Both the position numbers and the translations under genes were made by a program. A stretch of DNA of 64,000 nt from Patescibacteria group bacterium (GTDB lineage: Bacteria; Patescibacteriota; Microgenomatia; UBA12405). Of the stretch, positions 27,459 through 37,525 are shown in pieces. The notes under the pieces were generated by a model. That model did not search any database and had not been told where the DNA came from. It worked only from the letters and a program-made list of their open reading frames with translations. The first letter of the stretch is position 1. Each line of letters begins with the position of its first letter. The stretch spans positions 369 through 64,368 of the forward strand of contig JBMNON010000005.1 in the NCBI GenBank assembly GCA_050943115.1, written 5' to 3'.

Positions 27459-29225
27459 ATGAAACAACAATGGAACCTAGATGATATTGTCAAAGCAGAA
27501 AACTTTGATCAGCTTTATAGGGAGACGGAAAGGGAAATTGAGGAAATTGACAACTGGATTAGAGAACTAAACCCGGAAATGTCGGAAGACAAGTTTGTTC
27601 ATATTATAGAAAAATGGGAGGAATTGGGGTCAAAGTTAGCCCGCTTGAGCTACCGACCTCATTTAATGGAAGCTGTGGACCAAAAAGACCAAAAGGCCAA
27701 ACAGATGAAAAGTCGGGTGGATAACTTGGTGATTAAGTATAGTGAAAGAATAAGGAAAATAAGCCATTGGATTAAAGGGAAGAGGGTTGAGGGTAAGAAA
27801 ATATTAGATGATAATAATGCCAACAGGCTGTTTGGGGCGATTGAGGATTTAGAATATGAATTAAAACACTCAAGGCTGGCAGCAAAGCACAATCTGGAAG
27901 AGAAGGAAGAGAACATAATAACCAACAAGGACGTAAACGGAGTAAATGTCCTGGTGGACTTAAGAAGCCTGATTGATTCCGAATTTGAGTTTGAAATGGA
28001 AGTTGGGGGAGAAAAAAAACTGTTAAAAACACAAGCAGAGCTATTGGCTTATGTGTATTCCCCTAAGCCTGAAGAAAGAGAAGCTGCCTACAGGACCTTG
28101 CTTGCCAAATACAAAAGTAATATTGATAAGTTTTTTTCAATCTACCAGGCTGTTGTCAAGGATTGGGGTTACGAAGCCAAACTACGGGGGTTTAAAACTC
28201 CAATAGAGGCCAGAAACTTTAGCAACAGAATTCCTAATAAAGCAGTCGAGGTACTTTTGGATGTCTGCAGAGACAACCGAGGAGTATTTCAGGAGTATTT
28301 CAAATATAAAACCAGGGAGTTGGGAGTAGAAAAGCTAAAAAGATTTGATATATACGCGCCGCTTTTAAGTGAAAGTAAAGTTTATGATTATGAACAAGCA
28401 CAAAAATTGGTCATAAGCACATTCTCAGAATTTAGCAAAGGTTTTGCCGATAGAGCCAGTGAAATTATCGAGAATAAACATATAGATTCACACCCCAAAC
28501 CCCTAAAAAGCAACGGAGCATTCTGTGCAACCGTTGAACCAAGAATTACACCATATGTAATGTTAAATTACACCGGTAAAATTAGAGACATATCAACACT
28601 GGCCCACGAACTGGGTCACGGAGTGCATAGCCTGTATGCCAATAACCATCACTACAGCACCCAACACGCCAATTTACCATTGGCGGAGACGGCGTCAACT
28701 TTGGGTGAAATGGTTTTGTTCGAAAGACTCTATGAAATGGAAAAGGACAAGAAAATTAAAAAGTCTATGTTGTCCGAGAAACTGGCTGATTCATACGCTT
28801 CAATTCTAAGACAAAATTATTTTGTAATTTTTGAAAAGAAAGCTCATGAAATGATTCCAAAAGGTATAACAGCAGATGAATTGTCTCAAGTTTGGCTGGA
28901 GACTTTAGAAGAACAGTTTGAAGAATCAGTAGAGGTAGATTCGATTTTTAAAAACGAATGGGCTTATATACCACATATCGTTAGCTCCCCTTTTTACTGC
29001 TATGCTTATAACTTTGGAGAGTTGCTGTCGTTTTCACTTTACGCTAGATACAAAAATGAGGGCCGTGGATTTGTGGTAAAGATTGAAAATATTTTGGAAG
29101 CAGGAGGATCGAAAGATCCACAGGAGATATTAAGAGATATAGGAGTGGATATGACTGAAAGAAGGTTTTGGGAGGATAGCTTCGAAATTATCAAAGGGTG
29201 GATGGATGAGTTGAAATTGTTATAA
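27459..29225 (+). CDS. pepF: oligoendopeptidase F (M3B)
   Basis: GAFC, TLAHELGHGVH, AETAS, WAYIPH, FYCYAY. Confidence 0.9.
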   Translation: MKQQWNLDDIVKAENFDQLYRETEREIEEIDNWIRELNPEMSEDKFVHIIEKWEELGSKLARLSYRPHLMEAVDQKDQKAKQMKSRVDNLVIKYSERIRKISHWIKGKRVEGKKILDDNNANRLFGAIEDLEYELKHSRLAAKHNLEEKEENIITNKDVNGVNVLVDLRSLIDSEFEFEMEVGGEKKLLKTQAELLAYVYSPKPEEREAAYRTLLAKYKSNIDKFFSIYQAVVKDWGYEAKLRGFKTPIEARNFSNRIPNKAVEVLLDVCRDNRGVFQEYFKYKTRELGVEKLKRFDIYAPLLSESKVYDYEQAQKLVISTFSEFSKGFADRASEIIENKHIDSHPKPLKSNGAFCATVEPRITPYVMLNYTGKIRDISTLAHELGHGVHSLYANNHHYSTQHANLPLAETASTLGEMVLFERLYEMEKDKKIKKSMLSEKLADSYASILRQNYFVIFEKKAHEMIPKGITADELSQVWLETLEEQFEESVEVDSIFKNEWAYIPHIVSSPFYCYAYNFGELLSFSLYARYKNEGRGFVVKIENILEAGGSKDPQEILRDIGVDMTERRFWEDSFEIIKGWMDELKLL

Positions 29226-29227
29226 AT

Positions 29228-29243
29228 TTTACATTATTCTTAC
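29228..29243 (+). promoter_or_regulatory. direct-repeat box TTTACATTATTCTTAC
   Basis: 15 of 16 bases identical to 31412-31427; TTAC repeats 11 bp apart. Confidence 0.55.
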
Positions 29244-29344
29244 GGTAAATTAATAAATATTTGACCCGTTTTGAGTTATTATTGTAGGAATAGATTTGTT
29301 TCCGGGCTTTTAAAAGCATGGGCGTTAATTTATAATCAGAACCT

Positions 29345-30025
29345 GTGCCAAAAAAGCAAATAAAAAAATTTTTGAATATGGACGAAGAGAACAAGAAAAA
29401 ACTGTTGAGTTTTTTTGAAAAATACCAGCTGGTGAAGTACCGCAAAGGAGAAATAATTTTGCGTCCGGAAGAGAATTTTCCGGGAATAATTTTTGTTAAA
29501 AGCGGCTATATTAAAGCGTTTCGGGTATCTAAGGAAGAGAGAGAAATTGCGCTGCAATTGTTTAAACCAATTTTTTATTTTTCACTGATTAACGCAATTA
29601 CAAATTGCGGCAACAGGCATTACTTTGAAGCAATATCACCAGTGGAACTGTGGATAGCGCCAGTTAGGGAAACCCTGGATTATATTAAAAACGATGAAGC
29701 ATTGAGCAGGGCGCTTTTGGAAACAATACTATGTGAGTTTGTAGATTTGACAAAAAATATCGAACTTTTAATTTCCGGGGATGCATACGGGAAGGTGGCA
29801 GGGTTGATCTATTATCTGGCTAAGAGGTTTGGAGAAGAAAGTGACGATACCACCCAGATCAAATTCAGGATTACACACAGATTAATCGCTAGCCTGACAG
29901 GACTAACCAGGGAAACAGTAACGCTACAGATGATAAAGCTTGAAAAAGAAGGCTACCTAATTAACAAGAATAGACAGGTATTTGTCGAGGACATGGCAAA
30001 ACTAAAAGAAATTGCAGAAATTTAG
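29345..30025 (+). CDS. Crp/Fnr-family transcription regulator
   Basis: cNMP-binding-like barrel (YRKGEII...VKSGYIK) and HTH ITHRLIASLTGLTRETVT. Confidence 0.92.
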   Translation: MPKKQIKKFLNMDEENKKKLLSFFEKYQLVKYRKGEIILRPEENFPGIIFVKSGYIKAFRVSKEEREIALQLFKPIFYFSLINAITNCGNRHYFEAISPVELWIAPVRETLDYIKNDEALSRALLETILCEFVDLTKNIELLISGDAYGKVAGLIYYLAKRFGEESDDTTQIKFRITHRLIASLTGLTRETVTLQMIKLEKEGYLINKNRQVFVEDMAKLKEIAEI

Positions 30026-30039
30026 TGTAGAATGTGGTT

Positions 30040-30441
30040 ATGGAAAAAAGATTATACAGATCCCTTGATAATAGAATTGTTTTTGGTGTAGCTTCGGGCT
30101 TGGGAGAGTATTATCAGATAGATCCAACTGTGGTCAGATTAATACTGATAATCCTAACCATAAGTTCAGGAGGAATAGTATTATGGCTTTATCTTATAGC
30201 TGCTTTAGTGCTACCCAGCGAAGAGACAAATAAGACAGATAAATTAAGGCTAAAAAAGAGTGAAAACAAAGAGAAGACCAGTCAGGGAGGTGGGCTAGAA
30301 AGAAGAAGCTTGTTTGGTCTAATAATCATACTTGTCGGAGCAACATCTCTGTTTAACCAAATTTTCCCCGGTTTTTGGAGGTGGGACATATTTTGGCCCC
30401 TATTGATGGTTTTTGTGGGGGTGTATTTAATTCTTAAATAA
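30040..30441 (+). CDS. PspC-domain membrane protein with LiaI-like C-terminus
   Basis: KRLYRS...GVASGLGEYY.IDPTVVRL...LYLIA.LVLP; FWPLL. Confidence 0.9.
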   Translation: MEKRLYRSLDNRIVFGVASGLGEYYQIDPTVVRLILIILTISSGGIVLWLYLIAALVLPSEETNKTDKLRLKKSENKEKTSQGGGLERRSLFGLIIILVGATSLFNQIFPGFWRWDIFWPLLMVFVGVYLILK

Positions 30442-31361
30442 TGGAAGGCAAGAATAGTTTCCAAAAAGTTGCAGGAGTAGTGTTGTTGACGGCCGGACTA
30501 CTCCTAGTTCTTGAGAGAATAGGAATTGTGAACACGGAACTACGGAGATTGGTGTTGTGGCCAGCCCTTCTTATAGGTGCCGGAATATTGATGTTATTTA
30601 AAAAATTAAACGGGATTTGGATCGTAACACTTGCAATACTGGCCTTAATACCCCTGACGGCAACAAGGTTTGAGGGACGAAATTTTGACACAAGAATCGA
30701 AACCGAAGAAAAGGATTGGGGAATAACAAGAGTGGGAGAAAGGAGAAACTTAGAGAATTTTTCTAGTTTTGAGATTTGGGGAAGCGGTGAGATGGAAATC
30801 GTCAACAGTGAAGAGGAGTTTATTGTTATTGAGGCAAGAGAAAGGGATATCCAAAACATATTAACAAAAGTTGAGGACGGAGTGCTGAAAATTAGACAGG
30901 AGGATTGGTGGACTGCCGGTTTTAATAGTCCTAAGTACAGGCTAGGTACTAGAAGTTTAAACCGGATTACAATCAACGGAGCAGCCAGCATTAGGAGTGA
31001 AGAACTAAGAAGTAACCAGATAGAAATAATAAATAATGGAGCTGCCAGATTTGAAGCAAAAATAAACAGTCCCACGGTAGAAGTAAAAATGAGTGGGGCG
31101 GGGCTGGTGAATCTGGTGGGAGAAGTGGAAAAGTTAAAGGTAAGTATATCCGGATTGGGTGAGTATCAAGGAAAAAACTTGGAAACAAGGGAGGCTGAAG
31201 TGATAATAAGCGGAGCAGGGAAAGCTGAGGCGGCTGTTAGCGATCTTTTAGAAGTGCGAATCAGTGGCGCAGGTAGCGTTGATTACTGGGGAAACCCAAG
31301 AGTCGAAGAGTCAATATCAGGATTGGGGAATGTTAACAAAAAAGGTGATTTCCAAAATTAA
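30441..31361 (+). CDS. membrane-anchored GIN-domain (DUF2807) adhesin-like protein
   Basis: TM N-terminus; repeated ISGAG/ISGLG beta-helix units, Y.GNP. Confidence 0.85.
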   Translation: MEGKNSFQKVAGVVLLTAGLLLVLERIGIVNTELRRLVLWPALLIGAGILMLFKKLNGIWIVTLAILALIPLTATRFEGRNFDTRIETEEKDWGITRVGERRNLENFSSFEIWGSGEMEIVNSEEEFIVIEARERDIQNILTKVEDGVLKIRQEDWWTAGFNSPKYRLGTRSLNRITINGAASIRSEELRSNQIEIINNGAARFEAKINSPTVEVKMSGAGLVNLVGEVEKLKVSISGLGEYQGKNLETREAEVIISGAGKAEAAVSDLLEVRISGAGSVDYWGNPRVEESISGLGNVNKKGDFQN

Positions 31362-31411
31362 CTGAGGGATTGCAAAGATAATATTCCTTTGATAAGCAAA
31401 TCATAGCTTGG

Positions 31412-31463
31412 TTTACCTTATTCTTACAAGATTTTTGTTATCCATACATGTTGGGTATGTATG
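31412..31463 (+). promoter_or_regulatory. direct-repeat box plus palindrome upstream of the glucan operon
   Basis: TTTACCTTATTCTTAC at 31412-27; CATACAT-N7-ATGTATG at 31443-63. Confidence 0.55.
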
Positions 31464-31506
31464 ATTGGCAGTAAGAAAGTACTTATAGATTAAGGTGGAA
31501 TTTTTT

Positions 31507-32316
31507 ATGAAACATTTTTTTGCCTTAGTTTGGCTGACTATGTTTTTGACAAATGTAAGAATGGCAAAAGCACAGGCAGCCAAGGAAGCAATTGATAATT
31601 TTAAGGAGACAGTTGAAGAAATCCAAGAAGAGATTGGTGTTAACCCAACAGTCCCAGCAGAAGACCCGTCCCCAACAATAGAGGAACCTGAACCGAGCGG
31701 GCCAACAGAAGGACAGTCACCAAGCCCAAGCAAAACTCCGACAACCAGCCCCAATTTGACACCAAAACCCACGGAGAGTACAACACCCACACCGGCTCTA
31801 AGTCCGAGTATTTTACCTACACAAGGCCAGGGAGCGTCTCCAACAGGAGGAATCGGCGGAGTAGCAGACGATGAGGAGCCGCCAAAGAATGATCCAAACG
31901 ACGAAGCAAAAACTGTAGAAAAAAGTGAAAACAAAGAGGAAGACAGTGTTGCGGAGGAAGCAAAAAACAAAGAGCCGGAAGAGAGCGAAAATCAAGAGAC
32001 AGTAAAAGAAGAAGTGGCTAGTACGCAGAATAAAAGCGTGGTCGAAATTGAAACTCAGAGGAGGAGTAGTTTAGGCAGATTAATTCAGGCACCACTTGAA
32101 ATGCTGAGAAAAGAGAGCGAAGGAGAATTATATGAAGATAATAGTTTTAATAGTTCAGAAACGAAGCTTTTTAACCTGATAGGTACTAGTTTGATGGTTA
32201 TCGGGACAATTTTCCTGGAGCCCGAAGCGTTGATGGTGATAAAAGAGAGAATGGCTGAATTGCTGAGCACTTTAACCCGATCAGAACTATTTAAGTTAAT
32301 AAACAGAATGCTATGA
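31507..32316 (+). CDS. exported Pro/Thr/Ser- and Glu-rich protein with C-terminal TM
   Basis: Signal-like N-terminus, PSPT-rich linker, hydrophobic LFNLIGTSLMVIGTIFL; overlaps the GH8 start. Confidence 0.7.
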   Translation: MKHFFALVWLTMFLTNVRMAKAQAAKEAIDNFKETVEEIQEEIGVNPTVPAEDPSPTIEEPEPSGPTEGQSPSPSKTPTTSPNLTPKPTESTTPTPALSPSILPTQGQGASPTGGIGGVADDEEPPKNDPNDEAKTVEKSENKEEDSVAEEAKNKEPEESENQETVKEEVASTQNKSVVEIETQRRSSLGRLIQAPLEMLRKESEGELYEDNSFNSSETKLFNLIGTSLMVIGTIFLEPEALMVIKERMAELLSTLTRSELFKLINRML

Positions 32317-33494
32317 TCAAAAAGTATATTGGCGGTTTATTCCTGGTTGCCGGAATAATAATTGTCTTAAGTGTCTGGTACGTAAATAATAATTTTTCCA
32401 ATAAAAGCAGACCTTTTTCTTCATACACATTGTTGGTTTCTTCGTGGGAAAGATATAAGGAAAAGTATATTAATGAGGATGGTAGAGTAATTGATTTCTT
32501 CCAGAACAACATAACTACCTCCGAAGGACAGAGCTATGCGATGCTTAGATCAGTTTTTGTCGATGATAAGGAAACTTTTGACAAGGTGTGGAAGTGGACT
32601 AGAGAGAACATGAAAAGGCCTGGGGATAACCTTTTGGGGTGGAAATGGGGTTTAAGTGAAGATGGCGAATATGGTTTCTTGGAGGATGGTGGTGAGAATA
32701 GTGCCAGCGACGCCGAGACAGATATCGCCCTAGCATTAGTATTGGCAAAGAGACGCTGGGGAGGCAACGAGTACCAAGAAGAGGCAAAAAAAATATTAAA
32801 GGATTTGTGGGAATTTAATACAGATGTGATTTTGGGTGAAAGATATTTGATAGCCGGTAACTGGGCGAGAAGTACTAGTGAAATAGTTATCAATCCTTCT
32901 TATTTTAGCCCTTATGCATGGAGAATCTTTAATGAAATAGACGAAGAAAACGATTGGTCAAGTTTAATCGATCCTGCTTATGATGTATTGAGCCAGGTGG
33001 GGAAAGATCCGCTTGACAAGGAATCGGCAGTTGGTTTGCCTCCGGACTGGTTTAGCATCAACAGAGAAGACGGCAGTATAAAACCAAGCACAAATTATGG
33101 ACTTATGAGTCACTATTCATATGACGCAATGAGAGTACCGTTTAGGGTTGCCCTGGACTATGTGTGGAACGATGAAAAAAGAGCCGAAAAATATCTAAAT
33201 GAGTCTTTTGAAAGATTGGGTAATTACTATAAGGCCAATCAAAAACTAGCCAGCTCTTATTCCCACGACGGGCAACCTCTAAACCATAACGAAAGTCCAA
33301 CAATGTATGCGACTGCCTTGGCTTACTTTTTGATTGATAACCCTATTCTTGCAGACAAGATTTATGAGGAAAAAATATTGAGACTATACTCAAACGACGA
33401 AAACAGTTTTAAAGACGAATTGCCCTATTATGACCAAAATTGGTTATGGTTTGGAGCAGCTTTGTACTCCGATTATTTAGTGGAATTCAGTTAA
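32313..33494 (+). CDS. glycoside hydrolase family 8 (BcsZ/CelA-like endoglucanase)
   Basis: TTSEGQSYAML, NSASDAE.DIALAL, INPSY, YSYDAMRVP, YY. Confidence 0.93.
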   Translation: MIKKYIGGLFLVAGIIIVLSVWYVNNNFSNKSRPFSSYTLLVSSWERYKEKYINEDGRVIDFFQNNITTSEGQSYAMLRSVFVDDKETFDKVWKWTRENMKRPGDNLLGWKWGLSEDGEYGFLEDGGENSASDAETDIALALVLAKRRWGGNEYQEEAKKILKDLWEFNTDVILGERYLIAGNWARSTSEIVINPSYFSPYAWRIFNEIDEENDWSSLIDPAYDVLSQVGKDPLDKESAVGLPPDWFSINREDGSIKPSTNYGLMSHYSYDAMRVPFRVALDYVWNDEKRAEKYLNESFERLGNYYKANQKLASSYSHDGQPLNHNESPTMYATALAYFLIDNPILADKIYEEKILRLYSNDENSFKDELPYYDQNWLWFGAALYSDYLVEFS

Positions 33495-33496
33495 TT

Positions 33497-35062
33497 ATGA
33501 AAACAAGGAACAAGACAATAATACTTCCGTCAGAGAGAGTAAAAAGAGGTGTGCTAATTTTCAGTTTTTTGATATCCCTTTTTTATTTTTCCTGGTGGTT
33601 CCTGCCAGGTAACAGGCTTAACAATGTATTGTTTTACATGCTTCTTTTCGGAGAGGCATATCACCTACTAATGGCCTGGGGATTTTGGTTTACCATATGG
33701 CCCGGGAAAAAAGAAAATTTTGTGAAATATCAGATAGATTTTAGTCCTAGCGTTGATATCTTTATCACTGTTTGCGGAGAACCGGTGGAGGTGGTCCGAA
33801 AAACAGTAAGGGGTGCCAGAGACCAGCTTTATGAAAAGCACAAAGTATACATATTAAATGACGGCAAAGTTGCCAATAAGGAAAATTGGCGAGAAATTGA
33901 AGAAATGGCAAGAGAAGAAGGGGTGTATTGCATAACCAGAACAATTCCGGGCGGAGCTAAGGCTGGAAATGTGAATAACGGACTAAAGCTGACAGAAGGA
34001 GAACTAGTTGCAGTCCTAGACGCCGACATGGTACCGGTGAAAATATTTTTAAGGAAACTCGTCCCCTATTTCCGAGACAAGGGTGTAGGATTTGTTCAAA
34101 GCCCTCAATACTACAAAAACTACGCTGCCAATGAAATCAGTAAAGGCTCATGGGAACAACAAGAATTTTTTTTTGGAAGTATTATGGAAGGCAAGGACAA
34201 AAGCAATGCTGCTTTTGTGTGCGGGACCAACTTTCTTATAAGGAGAAGGGCTTTTGAAGAAGTAGGTGGGCTACAGGAAGACAATATCGCCGAGGATTTT
34301 GTGACTTCAATGCAGATTCACAAGCGAGGTTGGAAATCGAGATACACCAGAGAGGTATTGTGTAAGGGATTGGCCCCAGAAGATATGCTGGCCTACTATA
34401 AACAACAATTAAGGTGGGCAAGAGGCTCGTTAGAATCCCTTTTTGTCAATAATCCTCTTTTCATGAAGGGATTGTCTTGGGGGCAAAAATTCCAATATTT
34501 AAATTCGGCCTTGTATTATTTTAATGGTGTCATAGTTCTTATTGACATAGTAATGCCTTTACTGTTTTTATTCTTTGGATTAAGGCCAGTTGGGGCAACT
34601 TCAACATCCTTCGCTTTGTTTTTCTTACCATTCATGTTCTTGAATTTATATACGCTAAATTTGGCATCAGAAGGAAGACTGACCTACCGAGCCATGTCAT
34701 TTTCCCAATCGAGTTGGGTACTCCAATTAAAAGCACTAAAATCGATAATTTTTAAACAAAAGATGGGGTTTTCGGTAACACCCAAACAACAACAAGAAGG
34801 AAATTTTTTGTATTTAGCTTATCCTCATATTTTCTATATTTTGTTAACAATAGCCGGAGCAGTAGTGGCAATTGGCAGAGAGGGAATTAATTCCAGTGTG
34901 GCCACAAACTTGGCTTGGGGAGGATTTAACACATTTATGTTTTTGCCCTACATCAAAGCGGCATATAAGTGGGAAAGACTGACAAGTAGGTTTAGGGATA
35001 AGCAGCTAAAGCCATCTGTAAAGAAAAAAACTAAAGCGATTTACTTTAAGGAGGGAGTGTGA
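33497..35062 (+). CDS. cellulose-synthase-like processive GT2 (BcsA-like, no PilZ)
   Basis: VDIFIT..GEP, LNDG, AKAGNVN, DAD, VQSPQ, FVCGT, AED, QQLRWARG, FSVTPK. Confidence 0.9.
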   Translation: MKTRNKTIILPSERVKRGVLIFSFLISLFYFSWWFLPGNRLNNVLFYMLLFGEAYHLLMAWGFWFTIWPGKKENFVKYQIDFSPSVDIFITVCGEPVEVVRKTVRGARDQLYEKHKVYILNDGKVANKENWREIEEMAREEGVYCITRTIPGGAKAGNVNNGLKLTEGELVAVLDADMVPVKIFLRKLVPYFRDKGVGFVQSPQYYKNYAANEISKGSWEQQEFFFGSIMEGKDKSNAAFVCGTNFLIRRRAFEEVGGLQEDNIAEDFVTSMQIHKRGWKSRYTREVLCKGLAPEDMLAYYKQQLRWARGSLESLFVNNPLFMKGLSWGQKFQYLNSALYYFNGVIVLIDIVMPLLFLFFGLRPVGATSTSFALFFLPFMFLNLYTLNLASEGRLTYRAMSFSQSSWVLQLKALKSIIFKQKMGFSVTPKQQQEGNFLYLAYPHIFYILLTIAGAVVAIGREGINSSVATNLAWGGFNTFMFLPYIKAAYKWERLTSRFRDKQLKPSVKKKTKAIYFKEGV

Positions 35063-36534
35063 ATAGGAATAAGGGAAGCGGAGTTGTAATAGCCTGGGTA
35101 GCAGCAATATCGATAGCCATCAGTTTTTTTTTAATAAGGTCGCAATCCATTAGACTAGACGAAGCCCAATCCATTTGGACTTCGAGTAAATCAGTAAAGG
35201 AACTTTTACAGCTGACAGCCAACGATGTACACGTACCACTTTACGGCTTATTGCTGCACCTTGTAATGCAGGTTTTTGGCAACGACATACTTGTTGCCCG
35301 AATGCTTTCATTATTTTTTTATGTGTTAACCATTCCGTTTTTGTACAGATTAGCCAGAGAGTCAAGCGACCGATGGGTGGCAGTATTGACCGTAACATTA
35401 TTTTCATTCTCCCCTTTTATTGTTTGGTATAGCGGAGAAGCGAGGATGTATACTTTGTTTTCCTTGTCAGTGTCGGTTAATCAATTATTCTTTTTAAGAC
35501 TGATAAGAAGTAGGGGAAAACATGGTAAATTGGGTTATTTTATTGGAACACTGACGGGACTATATACCCATTATTTTTTTATTTTTGTATTGGTGAGCCA
35601 GGCATTATATGTGTTTTTCCATAATTTGACGAAGGAAAATGGTGTGGGTTTGAGCAAGAAGTTTAAACTGACATGGCTGGGGATTAGTGGTCTTAGTTTT
35701 TCACTATTCGTACCTTGGGTTTATTTTATGGTGAAATCCGGCTTGGGAGAAGGAATGAGGCCACTTCTGACAACACCCAGTAGTTATAGTATCGTTCAGA
35801 CTTTTACGAATTTTTTATTTGGTTTCCAGGAAGAAGAGGTCCAAAATTTATTTATCTCCCTGTGGCCATTGTCAACAGCATTGTTGTTTTTAATATTTAC
35901 GGAAAAAAATAAGAAGAAAACAAGAAATATTGATTACTTTTTCCTGGTAACCTTTTTACCAGTGCTGTTGGTGTTTGTAATTTCTTACATACAACCAATT
36001 TTTCTATCAAGATATCTGATACTGGTAACACCCACATTGTTCTTCCTGTTAGCGTGGACTATAGGAAACTACCAACGAAGAGTCTCGTTAATTTTGGCAG
36101 AGCTGGTTATTGCGTTAATGGTGGGTATGACTATGTATCAATATTTTTCAAACAAAACACCAGTCAAAGAATCCTATCGAGAACTATCATCATACTTGTC
36201 AGAAAGCGTTGAGCCAAGTGATGTGGTGGCGATAAGTGCTCCTTTCACAATTTATCCAATAGAATATAATTACGAAGGCCAAGCCAGGCTGGTAACCATT
36301 CCTGAATGGAATAGGTATCTGGAAAACAGCAATATTCCAGAGTATAAAGATGATGACCTGGCGGGCATGATGAGCAAATTCCGGGAAAAGTATAAAAAAA
36401 TGTATCTGGTACTATCTTACGACCAAGGGTACGAAAAAGACATTAGAAATTATCTTGATCATAATTTTGAAATAACAGAGCAAAGAGAATTTCCGACAGA
36501 TATAAGTCTGGTTGTTTATAAGTTGAAGTATTGA
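35059..36534 (+). CDS. GT-C (PMT/ArnT-like) glycosyltransferase
   Basis: SIRLDEA, DVHVPLY, EARMY, LYTHY, RY. Confidence 0.85.
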   Translation: MNRNKGSGVVIAWVAAISIAISFFLIRSQSIRLDEAQSIWTSSKSVKELLQLTANDVHVPLYGLLLHLVMQVFGNDILVARMLSLFFYVLTIPFLYRLARESSDRWVAVLTVTLFSFSPFIVWYSGEARMYTLFSLSVSVNQLFFLRLIRSRGKHGKLGYFIGTLTGLYTHYFFIFVLVSQALYVFFHNLTKENGVGLSKKFKLTWLGISGLSFSLFVPWVYFMVKSGLGEGMRPLLTTPSSYSIVQTFTNFLFGFQEEEVQNLFISLWPLSTALLFLIFTEKNKKKTRNIDYFFLVTFLPVLLVFVISYIQPIFLSRYLILVTPTLFFLLAWTIGNYQRRVSLILAELVIALMVGMTMYQYFSNKTPVKESYRELSSYLSESVEPSDVVAISAPFTIYPIEYNYEGQARLVTIPEWNRYLENSNIPEYKDDDLAGMMSKFREKYKKMYLVLSYDQGYEKDIRNYLDHNFEITEQREFPTDISLVVYKLKY

Positions 36535-36556
36535 GTCTAAAAACTTAAAATAAGAT

Positions 36557-36982
36557 ATGAATTACGTAAAAACAGACAATAAATATATAATAAAAATCAA
36601 GAAGGGTGAAAAAATTGTTGAAAGTCTGAAGCGGTTTTGTGAAGGCGAAAAGATTCAAAATGGTATCGTCAGCGGTGTGGGGGCGGTAGACAGAGCAGAA
36701 TTGGCACATTATCGTGTAGATGCAAAGAAATACACCCCTTTTGTATTAGAGGAGGCATTGGAGCTTATATCTTTAAACGGCAACGTCTTTTTGGATGAAG
36801 ACAAAACTGGTTTAATCATTCACCTTCATTCAGCCTTGGGCAGACCAAGCGGTGAAATGATTGGGGGGCACTTGGTTGAAGCCAGGGTAGCTGCAGCTTG
36901 TGAGATACTGTTTGAAAATACAGAGACAAGTATAAGCAAAAAGTATGATGAAGAAACAGGATTGAAGTTAATGGATCTTTAG
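36557..36982 (+). CDS. PPC-domain (DUF296) protein
   Basis: GVGAV, ELISLNGN, HLH, GGHL, CE. Confidence 0.92.
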   Translation: MNYVKTDNKYIIKIKKGEKIVESLKRFCEGEKIQNGIVSGVGAVDRAELAHYRVDAKKYTPFVLEEALELISLNGNVFLDEDKTGLIIHLHSALGRPSGEMIGGHLVEARVAAACEILFENTETSISKKYDEETGLKLMDL

Positions 36983-37522
36983 TTATTCGCGACAGCAATC
37001 TAGGATTTTACTTATGACACCGGAAACCTTGCCTAAAAAATCATTTTTAGAATAGTTGACCGAAGCTGTTTGCCCCTCGTCTTGATCCGGATTAATGTCG
37101 GTCATTTTCCCCCTCTCGACCAAGCCTAAATTCAGACCCCAAAAAAGATTATAAAGGTCATATGATTTTTTGAAGAGATCCTGAGCCTCTTTATGTTCGC
37201 CTTTGGTTTGAGCCTTGGTACCAACTTCAAATAAACGCATTGAAGCTGCCAGCAGGTGTTTACTTAGACACCAAAGCTCACCTTCGTAGTCCTTGATAAT
37301 TTTCTTCAAAAGTTCTTTTCTCATTTCCCGGGTTTGATTTAGAATTTGAAAATAGCTAGTTTTGCCGGTTTTATTCCCAGTGAAGAAAAGGTGTTCCTCG
37401 ATGGAAATCAGATTCATGATGGCAATGGACAAATCTTCATCTGAAGACAAGTCGAGTTTTTCGCCTTTTTCCATCTTTTTAACTTTGTTTAGGAATTGTT
37501 GGATATTTTTATCTTCTATCAT
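36983..37522 (-). CDS. conserved hypothetical helical protein ending in DCCRE
   Basis: EDL..A.MNLISIEEH, WCLSKH, C-terminal CC; last gene of the repressor-led operon. Confidence 0.75.
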   Translation of the reverse strand: MIEDKNIQQFLNKVKKMEKGEKLDLSSDEDLSIAIMNLISIEEHLFFTGNKTGKTSYFQILNQTREMRKELLKKIIKDYEGELWCLSKHLLAASMRLFEVGTKAQTKGEHKEAQDLFKKSYDLYNLFWGLNLGLVERGKMTDINPDQDEGQTASVNYSKNDFLGKVSGVISKILDCCRE

Positions 37523-37525
37523 TAT

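Noticed and set aside
31640-31830. Tandem DNA repeat in the Pro/Thr-rich gene
   Set aside because: Low complexity at the protein level only; no exact nucleotide repeat unit.
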